Counted from the whole stretch's first letter, positions 8,395 to 19,522 are shown. The stretch is DNA of 63,965 nt, filler included, from Babesia bigemina (GCF_000981445.1; 12 parts of 12 records of this genome joined end to end with filler, not necessarily neighbours in it), one strand, 5' to 3'. A program made the numbers and translations. The notes: generated from the letters alone by a model not told the origin.

Positions 8395-11300
8395 TTGTAG
8401 AGTGGGTTAGGGAGCGATGTAGAGTGGATGAAGGGGCGATGCAGAGTGGATAAAGGGGCGATGTAGACTGGATAAAGGGGCGATGTAGAGTGGGTTAGGG
8501 AGCGATGTAGGGTGGGTTAGGGAGCGATGTGGAGTTGATAAGGGAGCGATGTGGAGTTGATAAGGGAGCGATGTAGAGTGGGTAAAGGGGCGATGTAGAG
8601 TGGGTTAGGGAGCGATGTAGAGTGGTTAAAGGGGCGATGTAGAGTGGTTAAAGGGGCGATGTAGAGTGGATAAAGGGGCGATGTAGAGTGGGTTAGGGAG
8701 CGATGTAAGGTGGATAAAGGGGCGATGTAGAGTGGGTAAAGAGGCGATGTAGAGTGGGTTAGGGAGCGATGTGGAGTGGACAAAGGGGCGATGTGGAGTG
8801 GATAAAGGGGCGATGTAGAGTGGGTAAAGGGGCGATGTAGAGTGGATAAAGGGGCGATGTGGAGTGGATAAAGGGGCGATGTAGGGTGGGTTAAGGAGCG
8901 ATGTAGGGTGGATAAAGGGGCGATGTGGAGTGGATAAAGGGGCGATGTAGAGTGGGTTAAGGGGCGATGTAGAGTGGATAAAGGGGCGATGTGGAGTGGG
9001 TTAAGGGGCGATGTAGAGTGGGTAAAGGGGCGATGTGGAGTGGATTAGGAGCGATGTGGAGTGGGTTAGGGAGCGATGTAGCGTGGAGTAAGGAGCGATG
9101 TAGAGTGGATAAAGGGGCGATGTAGAGTGGGTTAAGGGGCGATGTAGAGTGGATAAAGGGGCGATTAGAGGAGGTTAAGTAGCGATGTAGAGTGGGTTAG
9201 GGAGCGATGTAGAGTGGATAAGGGGCGATGTAGAGTGGGTTAAGGGGCGGTGTAGGGTGGATAAAGGAGCGATGTAGAGTGGATAAAGGGGCGATGTAGA
9301 GTGGATAAAGGGGCGATGTAGAGTGGATAAAGGGGCGATGTGGAGTGGATAAAGGGGCGATGTAGAGTGGGTTAGGGAGCGATGTAGAGTGGATTAGGGA
9401 GCGATGTAGAGTGGATAAAAGGGCGATGTAGAGTGCATAAAGGGGCGACGTAGAGTGGGTTAAGGGGCGATGTAGAGTGGATTGAGGAGCGATGTGGAGT
9501 GGATAAAGGGGCGATGTGGAGTGGATTAGGGGCGATGTAGAGTGGGTTAGGGAGCGATGTGGAGTGGGTAAAGGAGCGATGTAGAGTGGGTTAGGGAGCG
9601 ATGTAGAGTGGATAAGGGGCGATGTAGAGTGGATAAAGGGGCGATGTAGAGTGGGTTAGGGAGCGATGTAGAGTGGATAAAGGGGCGATGTAGAGTGGGT
9701 AAAGGGGCGATGTAGAGTGTGTAAAGGGGCGATGTAGAGTGGGTTAAGGAGCGATGTAGAGTGGATAAAGGAGCGATGTAGAGTGGATAAAGGAGCGATG
9801 AAGAGTGGGTTAGGGAGCGATGTGGAGTAGGTAAAGGGGCGATGTAGAGTGGGTAAGGGAGCGATGTAGAGTGGGTTAGGGAGCGATGTAGAGTGGATAA
9901 GGGGCGATGTGGAGTGGGTTAGGCAGCGATGTAGAGTGGGTTAAGGGGCGATGTAGAGTGGATAAAGGGGCGATGTAGAGTGGACAAAGGGGCGATGTAG
10001 AGTGGGTTAGGGAGCGATGTAGAGTGGGTTAAGGGGCGATGTAGAGTGGATTAGGGAGCGATGTAGAGTGGGTTAGGGAGCGATGTAGAGTGGATTAGGG
10101 AGCGATGTAGAGTGGATAAGGGGCGATGTAGAGTGGGTTAGGGAGCGATGTAGAGTGGGTTAGGGAGCGATGTATAGTGGTTAAAGGGGCGATGTAGAGT
10201 GGGTAAAGGGGCGATGTAGAGTGGGTTAGGGAGCGATGTAGAGTGGATAAAGTGGCGATGTGGAGTGGGTTAAGGAGCGATGTGGAGTGGATCAGAGAGC
10301 GATGTGGAGTGGATAAAGGGGCGATGTGGAGTGGGTAAAGGAGCGATGTAGAGTGGGTTAGGGAGCGATGTGGAGTGGATAAGGGGCGATGTGGAGTGGG
10401 TTAAGGGGCGATGTAGAGTGGATTAGGGAGCGATGTAGAGTGGATAAAGGGGCGATGTAGAGTGGAGTAAGGAGCGATGTGGAGTGGGTAAAGGGGCGGT
10501 GTAGAGTGGATAAAGGAGCGATGTAGAGTGGATAAAGGAGCGATGTAGAGTGGATAAAGGAGCGATGTGGAGTGACTAAAGGGGCGATGTAGAGTGGGTT
10601 AAGGAGCGATGTAAAGTGGGTTAAGGAGCGATGTAGAGTGGGTAAAGGGGCGATGTAGAGTGGATAAAGGGGCGATGTAGAGTGGATAAAGGGGCGATGT
10701 AGGGTGGGTTAAGGGGCGATGTAGGGTGGGTTAAGGGGCGATGTAGAGTGGGTTAAGGAGCGATGTAGAGTGGGTAGAGGAGCGATGTGGAGTGGATAAA
10801 AGGGCGATGTAGAGTGGATTAGGGAGGGATGTGGAGTGGATAAAGGGGCGATGTGGAGTGGACAAAGGGGCGATGTAGAGTGGGTAAGGGAGCGATGTAG
10901 AGTGGGTTAAGGGGCGATGTAACGTGGATAAAGGAGCGATGTAGAGTGGATAAAGGGGCGATGTAGAGTGGGTTAAGGGGCGATGTAGAGTGGGTAAAGG
11001 AGCGATGTGGAGTGGGTTAGGGAGCGATGTAGAGTGGATAAGGGAGCGATGTAGAGTGGAGTAAGGAGCGATGTAGAGTGGGTTAGGGAGCGATGGAGAG
11101 TGGGTAAGGGAGCGATGTAGAGTGGATAAGGGGCGATGTAGAGTGGATAGAGGAGCGATGTAGAGTGGGTAAAGGGGCGATGTAGAGTGGATAGAGGAGC
11201 GATGTAGAGTGGGTAAAGGGGCGATGTAGAGTGGGTTAGGGAGCGATGTAGAGTGGATAGAGGAGCGATGTAGAGTGGGTAAAGGGGCGATGTAGAGTGG

Positions 11301-12656
11301 GTTAGGGAGCGATGGAGAGTGGGTAAGGGAGCGATGTAGAGTGGATAAGGGGCGATGTAGAGTGGATAAAGGGGCGATGTGGAGTGGGTTAAGGAGCGAT
11401 GTGGAGTGGGTTAAGGGGCGATGTAGAGTGGATAAGGAGCGATGTAGAGTGGGTTAGGGAGCGATGTGGAGTGGGTTAAGGGGCGATGTAGAGTGGGTTA
11501 AGGGGCGATGTAGAGTGGGTAAAGGGGCGATGTGGAGTGATTAAGGGAGCGATGTGGAGTGGATAAGGGAGCGATGTAGAGTCCGTCAAGGGGCGATGTA
11601 GAGTGGATAAAGGGGCGATGTAGAGTGGGTTAGGGAGCGATGTGGAGTGGGTTAAGGGGCGATGTGGAGTGGATAAAAGAGCGATGTAGAGTGGATAAGG
11701 GGGCGATGTGGAGTGGATAGGGAGCGATGTAGAGTCCGTCAAGGGGCGATGTAGAGTGGATAAGGGGCGATGAAGAGTGGGTTAAAGGGCGATGTAGAGT
11801 GGATAAGGGAGCGATGTAGAGTGGATAAGGGAGCGATGTAGAGTGGGTTAGGGAGCGATGTGGAGTGGATTAGGGAGCGATGTAGAGTGGATAAAGGGGC
11901 GATGTAGAGTGGGTTAAGGGGCGATGTAGAGTGGATTAGGGAGCGATGTAGAGTGGATAAGGGGCGATGTAGAGTGGATAAAGGGGCGGTGTGAAGTGGA
12001 TAAGGGAGCGATGTAGAGTGGGTTAAGGGGCGGTGTGAAGTGGATTAGGGAGCGATGTAGAGTGGGTAAAGGAGCGATGTGGAGTGGATTAGGGAGCGAT
12101 GTGGAGTGGATTAAGGGGCGATGTAGAGTGGGTTAGGGAGCGATGTAAAGTGGGTTAAGGGGCGATGTAGAGTGGATAAGGAGCGATGTAGAGTGGGTTA
12201 GGGAGCGATGTGGAGTGGGTTAAGGGGCGATGTAGAGTGGGTTAAGGGGCGATGTAGAGTGGGTAAAGGGGCGATGTGGAGTGATTAAGGGAGCGATGTG
12301 GAGTGGATAAGGGAGCGATGTAGAGTCCGTCAAGGGGCGATGTAGAGTGGATAAAGGGGCGATGTAGAGTGGGTTAGGGAGCGATGGAGAGTGGGTAAGG
12401 GAGCGATGTAGAGTGGATAAGGGGCGATGTAGAGTGGATAAAGGGGCGATGTGGAGGGGATTAAGGAGCGATCTGGAGTGGATTAGGGGCCGATTTAGAG
12501 TGGATAAGGAGCGATGTAGAGTGGGTTAGGGAGCGACGTAGAGTGGGTAAAGGATGCGGTGTAGAGTGGGTTAAGGGGCGGTGTAGAGTGGGTAAAGCGG
12601 GCGATTGTAAGTGTGGGTTAAGGGGCGATGAAGAGTGGATAAAGGGGCGATGTGGA
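8395..12656. repeat. 4.3-kb repeat A array
   Basis: Continuous 22-bp units, many containing GGGTTAGGG; ends at linker. Confidence 0.98.
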
Positions 12657-12756
12657 NNNNNNNNNNNNNNNNNNNNNNNNNNNNNNNNNNNNNNNNNNNN
12701 TTAATTAATTAANNNNNNNNNNNNNNNNNNNNNNNNNNNNNNNNNNNNNNNNNNNN
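12657..12756. other. Artificial contig linker (N44-TTAATTAATTAA-N44); also at 28227, 30606, 33077, 36653, 39243, 42274, 46074, 50079, 54215, 60253
   Basis: Identical 100-nt block with six-frame stops seen 11 times. Confidence 0.99.
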
Positions 12757-14126
12757 TCTACATCGCCCCTTTGTCCACTCTACATCGCTCCTTAATCCAC
12801 CCTACATCGCTCCCTAATCCACTCTACATCGCTCCTTAACCCACTCTACATCGCCCCTTTATCCACTCCACATCGCCCCTAAACCACTTTAAATTGGCCC
12901 CTTAACCACTCTAAATCGGCCCCTTATCCACTCTAAATTGGCCCTTAAACCACTCTAAATCGGCCCTTAAACCAATCTACATCGCTCCTTTATCCACTCT
13001 ACATCGCCCCTTTATCCACTCTACATCGCTCCTTATCCACCCTACATCGCCCCTTAACCCACTCTACATCGCTCCCTAACCCACTCTACATCGCTGCCTT
13101 ATCCACTCCACATCGCTCCCTAACCCACTCTACATCGCCCCTTTATCCACTCTACATCGCTCCCTAACCCACTCTACATCGCTCCCTTATCCACTCTACA
13201 TCGCCCCTTACTCCACTTTACATCGCCCCTTAACCCACTCTACATCGCCCCTTAACCCACTCTACATCGCCCCTTAACCCACTCTACATCGCCCCTTAAC
13301 CCACTCTACATCGCTCCCTAACCCACTCCACATCGCTCCCTAACCCACTCCACATCGCCCCTTTATCCACCCTACATCGCCCCTTAACCCACTCTGCATC
13401 GCTCCCTAACCCACTCTACATCGCCCCTTAATCCACTCTACATCGCCCCTTAATCCACTCTACATCGCTCCTTACTCCACCCTACATCGCCCCTTTATCC
13501 ACTCCACATCGCCCCTTAACCCTCTCTTCATCGCTCCCTTATCCACTCTACATCGCCCCTTTATCCACTCTACATCGCTCCCTAACCCACTCTACATCGC
13601 CCCTTAACCCACTCCACATCGCTCCTTAACCCCCTCTACATCGCTCCTTTACCCACTCTACATCGCCCCTTTATCCACTCCACATCGCTCCTTTACCCAC
13701 TCCACATCGCTCCTTTACCCACTCTACATCGCCCCTTTACCCACTCTACATCGCTCCTTTGTCCACTCTACATCGCCCCTTTACCCACTCTACATCGCTC
13801 CTTTATCCACTCTACATCGCTCCTTTATCCACTCTACATCGCCCCTTAACCCACTCTACATCGCCCCTTCATCCACTCTACATCGCTCCCTAACCCACTC
13901 TACATCGCCCCTTTACCCACTCTACATCGCTCCCTTATCCACTCTACATCGCTCCCTAACCCACTCCACATCGCTCCTTTAACCACTCTACATCGCTCCT
14001 TTATCCACTCTACATCGCCCCTTTACCCACCCTTCATCGCCCCTTTACCCACCCTTCATCGCCCCTTAACCCACTCTACATCGCCCCTTTACCCACTCTA
14101 CATCGCCCCTTTATCCACTCTACATC
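12757..14126. repeat. Repeat A array, C-rich strand on +
   Basis: CCACTCTACATCGC(C/T)CC units leading into the gene leader. Confidence 0.97.
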
Positions 14127-14188
14127 CTTCGAATTACCTCGTCTTAATACCGCTATGACCTCTTTAAACCATAGCAATAACTTGTGCC

Positions 14189-17100
14189 TTGTCATCCTTC
14201 CCTACCCTTCTGGCTGAGTCCATCGACTGGTTGATCCAGGTTAGGCATGGGAATGGTGAGGGTGACAATGGTCTTGGTGAGTTGGCCAAAGCTTTGAAAA
14301 AGTTGATTGATGAGGCTATAACTAACGCTACTAACTCCCTCCAAGCCGAAAAATCTAAACTGGAATGCCCTGTTAAGTATAAGGGAAATGAGTCCACTTG
14401 CCAGTATTATGATAGGCTGATTAAGGAAGCCAAGGACGCTAAAAATTCTGTTCATCCTAAAACTCAAATTCCAATAACTGAACTTGAAAAACAAAAACAA
14501 CGCTGCCAAAATAACCACACTTATTACCGTGACGGTTCCAAGCAGAAAGCCTATGATGAAATTACTGAGCGTCAGAAACAACTTGATGATCTTAAAGATA
14601 AGCTTGAAACATTTACTAAAAGTCTCGAAACTAAAGATAATAATCTTTTAACGCATTTATGTGACGGCCTTCAGACTTTTCTTGGCTTCAACTCTGACTC
14701 CAAAGGCTACGACGGCACTGGGATTGTGTACTCTGACTTGGACAGGCTGTGTGACGGGGTGATGGGATTTCTGAGTGGTGTTCTCAGTAACATCCACAAG
14801 CATTTAGGGCAGCATAAAGGAGAAATAAACAATGCAATTACGTCACTTGAGACCAATAAACACGCCGGTAAAAAAGGTTTTAGTGTTGCGATTGTGAAGG
14901 TGGTCGAAGGGGTGGGGGGGTATAATGATAAGGTGAGGGAGAGTAATGAGAGAATTAGGAAAACGATAGAAACGTTAACTGATGCTATCGTAAAAATGGA
15001 AAAAGTTCTTTCCGGGATCATCAATCATGATCACGTTAGTAAGATTGAGTCCACTGTTAGTGATGTAATCAAAGATGCCAAGGAGTATGCTGTAGGCATC
15101 TTGCAAATAAATCGAGATATAGAAGATCTCCAACCTGATCTAAAAGGGAAAATAAACAACGCAGCGGATAACATAAATTATCAGCGCTGGATTCTCAGTC
15201 AAGCGTATGAGACGCAAAAGAGTCAGTGGACAACAATCACAGGTTTGGTCAGTCAACAACTTAATGCTGCTGTAGAACGGATTAATGAAGAAACATCAGG
15301 AAAAATTAGTGTTGTTAAAAGTCGATTAATTTTAAAAATGGACGATCTTAGAAACAAAATTTGGGATGTCAATAATACACTTAAAGGCCATATTTCCCAG
15401 CTGAGTTCCTGGATAGAAAAGGCTCAAATCGCAGTTGATGAAGCATTGCGAAAAGTCACGCAAATTGTAAACGAAGCTAGTGGTAACTCCAGCACAGCTC
15501 ATAAGTGCAAACTCGTTGAAGCTGCTGTAAAGTTACAAGATAAGGCTTTGACACTACACGGAGCTTACGAGGCTGCGAAATCGGCGTTGCCGAAATTGGC
15601 AAATAAGATTAGTAATGCTGTTAAAGGGTTAGACGATGCAATTATGAAGGATCTAGAAGGATTGGAAAAGAGTATTAACATGGAGTTGGCTGCCTATGTC
15701 AAGGAGCAGATTGAAACTGTATTGAAGGCCATTCAGGCATCTGATGCTTCCAAAGGAGGTGGTCTTATTAATGCCGGCAGTGGTGTTGAAGCTTTGAAAA
15801 ACGTGAGCGCATTGAAAGAGGCCCTTGACTCAACGCAAGAAGAATTGAGCAAAAACATAGAATTCGCGTTAGACGTGCTCAAAGATACCGCTGGCTCAAA
15901 AACCTGGAAAGCTGACGAATCTAATCCCGTTCTGAAGAACCTCACAGCTGATCTTGAGAGTGCAGTTGGATCCGCGATGACTGCGTATGTCAAAGGTAGC
16001 GATGAGTTACGAAATAAAATGGTAGATTACCAAAAACATATAACGTCTGCGCTTACTCCGGCAATAGGCGAAATCACACAAAAAGCCCTGGAACCTATTA
16101 CGAGCGCAATATCTAGTAAGAGTGCTACTGACAGTGATATCACTAAAACTGCAACTGAATTAACAGGAACTCATCTCAAACAACTCTGCGTTAGTATTAT
16201 CAATGCCGCATCTATAGACTCAGGTAGTGTCAGAGGAAAATTGGAAAAGCTGACTGAATATATTGCAAAAGATAAGCATAATATGGATGACACTCTACAG
16301 AAACTCCAAAATGATTTTAACACATTGCAATCCGGTAAGCTGAATTCGCTTATTGAAGAAGCTCAGCAAATCATTCAATATGCATCTGAACAAAGCAATG
16401 CGATTATAAAACGCCTTAACGCTCACGTCGCATTCCAAATTAATAACGCTCGAGATACTATCACAAACACTATCACAACGAATTATGTCCTATCGCTGAA
16501 ATCACTGGTTCAAGAGGTAGCAACAAAAATAAACGTTGAACTTCATCACCTCCCTGAGATGATAATTGCGGATGCGACCAAAAAATACAAAGGTTTCATG
16601 AAGCTGCTACATAGAAAAATTAACGAAAATCAATTAGATGTTGCCATTCCCGACGACTCAAACCTATATCATTTGTCCTTCAATGCTCAACAGTTTTTCG
16701 CTGCTCTACTGTACTCGGTGAACAATGATAGAAGCATTTTACCCTCTCCGAGAAACATTTTGGAGTTGAAAAGCAAAGTTCATAACCTTGTCACCTCCCT
16801 CTCCACCTTCAACCGCCACTTCCGTTCCAACCTCTCCTCCCTTTCCTCCCTCCTCGGTTCCATCCGCCCCGCATCCTACGCCGACGACAGCAACCCCCTG
16901 CTCGAGTGTCTCAAAAAGGGCGTGCAGAGGATGTGCGATGAGCTCGACAAGGCGTACGTGAGCGTGTATGATAGTGAGACTTTCGGTGCTGAGCTCGTCG
17001 AAAAGAATAAAGTAACGCCGTATGGCACTCAGTTGTCCAAGGTGTTCCTGTCCATCTTGGAGATATACAACGAAGATTTGAGGTACTTGAAAAATCGTAC

Positions 17101-19069
17101 CATCCACAAGTGGTCAACAAGTAGAATATATGCTGGTAGCAGTTTAGGCACATTTTTGCAAAATAGCGGCTACGGCGTGTCCAACAATGAGACCGAGCAG
17201 AATGGTCACTTGGACAAGAATGCCAACGGTACAAAGATCATGAGTCTACTTGTAGGCGAAAATTACGGTCACGTTTACCACAAGAATAAGAATTACAAAT
17301 TCCAGCTTGAGAACCTATACGACTGCCTTACGACTTATTACCGCATTCGTCACATCTCCACTGCAGGGTCGAAGAAGTCGCCGTGTAATATCTACGAAAT
17401 GCTCTGCTGGCTTACGAGTCTGCAATACAGTTCAGTATATCTCAACTTTATATCCGATGAGTTTAGTGACTTGTTCGATAAGCGGGAAAATAAAATCGCC
17501 GGAACCAATGAGGTCGACGGTATCTCATTCGAGGACCAAACTGCTAACAAGTTGGCAGCATACCCACAGAATATCACGTATACAGAAGTACATAATGCTA
17601 TCGTACATGTAACTTCGCTGGCACCCGTTCTTCTCACCAGCATCGTCGGGTATGGAAACGAGTATACTACGTACGCCGTTGACTTCTATTGTAATACGCA
17701 TAATTTCGCATACCCTTCATCGAGCGTTGACTGCCTGAACACGTTAATTGAACATCTCCGTAGAATTGTACCAGTTTTCCAATTCTTGCTTACCCGATGT
17801 GGCTTTGCCGCTAAGTACCACGGTTGGTCGGACTGTACGTATGGCAGAGATGTGAAATCATCAACGTGGCCATGTAATGAGCACTCAAAGACTGAAGTTG
17901 AGTGCCAATCGACATCGCCTCTTCAATCCTTCCTACGTGACTGCCTACCCGGTCACTTGCCTCATGAGCTCACTTCCACTGGCTGCAAATCGGAATGTAA
18001 GACGTGTCCCAAAAGCCTACCCGGTGCGCCATGTATAACACCACTTGGGTTCAGAGGCTTCACTGGAAGCAAGAAGACAGGCAAAGAGCTATGTAAAGTG
18101 CTGACCAAATTCCTCGGTAACGGGGTCGCTTCGTGCCTCTTTGGCCTTATTCCTAAACCGCCCTCAACATTGTCGCAACACTTTGCTTTTACGATGTCAC
18201 TTGTCAGGAATTGGCAATCAAACGGCACGCATTCTCTTAAAACAAATATTGAAGCCGCCGTCACGGAGCAATCTATTCGTCTTTTTGAACAACCCAGCGA
18301 TCTCACAGCTGCGCTACGTAACGCGTACGGTGACGTACGGAGCAGCCATAAGCGTGAAAGCCATCCAGAGGCAAAAAATGCAGACCTCTGTACGCTGTCT
18401 ACGTCAACGTCATGTACATATGCTAGTAGCGATAAGCTGCACTGCGGTCCATATCTTTCAACTCTGTGCTTGGAAGAATATCGTTACTTCGCCGATAAAC
18501 ATTGTAACTTATACCTCTCATGGGCAGTGTACCTCCCATGGACATTCTACGGTTATCTTAAAGCCCTGCTACAAGCCTTTTGCAGCATATCTTGCCAAGA
18601 CTGGGGATGTTCGAAATGCATCCATGGAGTCAAATGTAAGAAAGGACAGCACGGTGTCGACAACTGCCAGTGCCGTGGACTTGTTGAATGCCGTGGCGTA
18701 CAAAGCACTTTCTACAATTACGGATTCACGTTTGGCAATCCTGAAACACTTCTAGCAAAAGAAGGTAAAAAATATTGCCATCATTTCCATCAACAGCTGA
18801 AGTCGGTGCTTGAATCGCAGTATTTCGCAAAACTATTTGAGGAGTGCGATAATTTCCTCTGGATCATCAGGCAGCCGTTCATATGGATGAACGTCGCACT
18901 CTGGTCGCTGTCCCTCTTCTACCTCATCTGCGTGATGGTTGGCAGACTGGACGTGCTCCACATACGCTCACACCTGAGGATACCGTCGTCGCACAGCATA
19001 ACGGCGCAATCATTGTTGGCTGCAGCGCAAGTCGGAAGGCTTGCCAAGATATCGTATCTACAACCGTAA
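14189..19069 (+). CDS. ves1/VESA-like antigen ORF, class I tail; no in-frame ATG until 14762 (5'-defective or silent cassette)
   Basis: Open frame from TTG; ESIDWLIQV resembles the ves N-terminal EAIDW motif; leader ATG at 14155 is out of frame; ends LAKISYLQP. Confidence 0.8.
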   Translation: MSSFPTLLAESIDWLIQVRHGNGEGDNGLGELAKALKKLIDEAITNATNSLQAEKSKLECPVKYKGNESTCQYYDRLIKEAKDAKNSVHPKTQIPITELEKQKQRCQNNHTYYRDGSKQKAYDEITERQKQLDDLKDKLETFTKSLETKDNNLLTHLCDGLQTFLGFNSDSKGYDGTGIVYSDLDRLCDGVMGFLSGVLSNIHKHLGQHKGEINNAITSLETNKHAGKKGFSVAIVKVVEGVGGYNDKVRESNERIRKTIETLTDAIVKMEKVLSGIINHDHVSKIESTVSDVIKDAKEYAVGILQINRDIEDLQPDLKGKINNAADNINYQRWILSQAYETQKSQWTTITGLVSQQLNAAVERINEETSGKISVVKSRLILKMDDLRNKIWDVNNTLKGHISQLSSWIEKAQIAVDEALRKVTQIVNEASGNSSTAHKCKLVEAAVKLQDKALTLHGAYEAAKSALPKLANKISNAVKGLDDAIMKDLEGLEKSINMELAAYVKEQIETVLKAIQASDASKGGGLINAGSGVEALKNVSALKEALDSTQEELSKNIEFALDVLKDTAGSKTWKADESNPVLKNLTADLESAVGSAMTAYVKGSDELRNKMVDYQKHITSALTPAIGEITQKALEPITSAISSKSATDSDITKTATELTGTHLKQLCVSIINAASIDSGSVRGKLEKLTEYIAKDKHNMDDTLQKLQNDFNTLQSGKLNSLIEEAQQIIQYASEQSNAIIKRLNAHVAFQINNARDTITNTITTNYVLSLKSLVQEVATKINVELHHLPEMIIADATKKYKGFMKLLHRKINENQLDVAIPDDSNLYHLSFNAQQFFAALLYSVNNDRSILPSPRNILELKSKVHNLVTSLSTFNRHFRSNLSSLSSLLGSIRPASYADDSNPLLECLKKGVQRMCDELDKAYVSVYDSETFGAELVEKNKVTPYGTQLSKVFLSILEIYNEDLRYLKNRTIHKWSTSRIYAGSSLGTFLQNSGYGVSNNETEQNGHLDKNANGTKIMSLLVGENYGHVYHKNKNYKFQLENLYDCLTTYYRIRHISTAGSKKSPCNIYEMLCWLTSLQYSSVYLNFISDEFSDLFDKRENKIAGTNEVDGISFEDQTANKLAAYPQNITYTEVHNAIVHVTSLAPVLLTSIVGYGNEYTTYAVDFYCNTHNFAYPSSSVDCLNTLIEHLRRIVPVFQFLLTRCGFAAKYHGWSDCTYGRDVKSSTWPCNEHSKTEVECQSTSPLQSFLRDCLPGHLPHELTSTGCKSECKTCPKSLPGAPCITPLGFRGFTGSKKTGKELCKVLTKFLGNGVASCLFGLIPKPPSTLSQHFAFTMSLVRNWQSNGTHSLKTNIEAAVTEQSIRLFEQPSDLTAALRNAYGDVRSSHKRESHPEAKNADLCTLSTSTSCTYASSDKLHCGPYLSTLCLEEYRYFADKHCNLYLSWAVYLPWTFYGYLKALLQAFCSISCQDWGCSKCIHGVKCKKGQHGVDNCQCRGLVECRGVQSTFYNYGFTFGNPETLLAKEGKKYCHHFHQQLKSVLESQYFAKLFEECDNFLWIIRQPFIWMNVALWSLSLFYLICVMVGRLDVLHIRSHLRIPSSHSITAQSLLAAAQVGRLAKISYLQP

Positions 19070-19214
19070 TTGTATTCACGTTTGTAATTCACATAAACTC
19101 ACGTAATAACTCACCTACTCACCTAACCGACAAACGTAGTCTAATGTCTCGAATTACTCTAGCAGTAACCTGTGAACTAAATAGCGTTGAGATTAAGTGA
19201 TGAGTGATAGACGA

Positions 19215-19510
19215 AGCAACGTGTTGACCTAGCAACCAGGTGAAGTGCTAACCTAGCACCCAGGCAACGTGTTGAGCTAGCACCCAGGCAACGTGCTAAG
19301 CTGGCACCCAGGCAAAGTGCTAAGCTAGCACCCAGGCAACGTGCTAAGCTGGCACCCAGGCAAAGTGCTAAGCTAGCAACCAGGCAAAGTGTTAACCTAG
19401 CACCCAGGCAACGTGTCAACCTAGCAACCAGGCAAAGTGCTAAGCTAGCACACAGGCTACGTGCTAAGCTAGCACCCAGGCAAAGTGCTAACCTAGCAAA
19501 CAGGCTAAGT
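19215..19510. repeat. Repeat C array
   Basis: 24-bp units. Confidence 0.94.
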
Positions 19511-19522
19511 TGATGCTTACTG

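Noticed and set aside
3319..8453. Many short antisense or off-frame ORFs inside the large genes (throughout the window)
   Set aside because: Shadows of the long coding frames.
8395..12656. True telomere
   Set aside because: TTAGGG occurs only inside a 22-bp unit, and complete arrays sit between genes (19717, 27405).
12657..12756. TTAATTAATTAA palindrome recurring 11 times
   Set aside because: Artificial six-frame-stop linker inside N padding.
8365..14189. Head-to-head gene pair around inverted A arrays (also 51576/54652), resembling the B. bovis divergent ves locus
   Set aside because: The inversion point is an artificial linker; within contigs genes are head to tail.
14191..14218. 28-nt GT-AG intron that would put the leader in frame
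   Set aside because: Weak donor (GTCATC), GAG acceptor, and the GT is GA in the 20043 copy.
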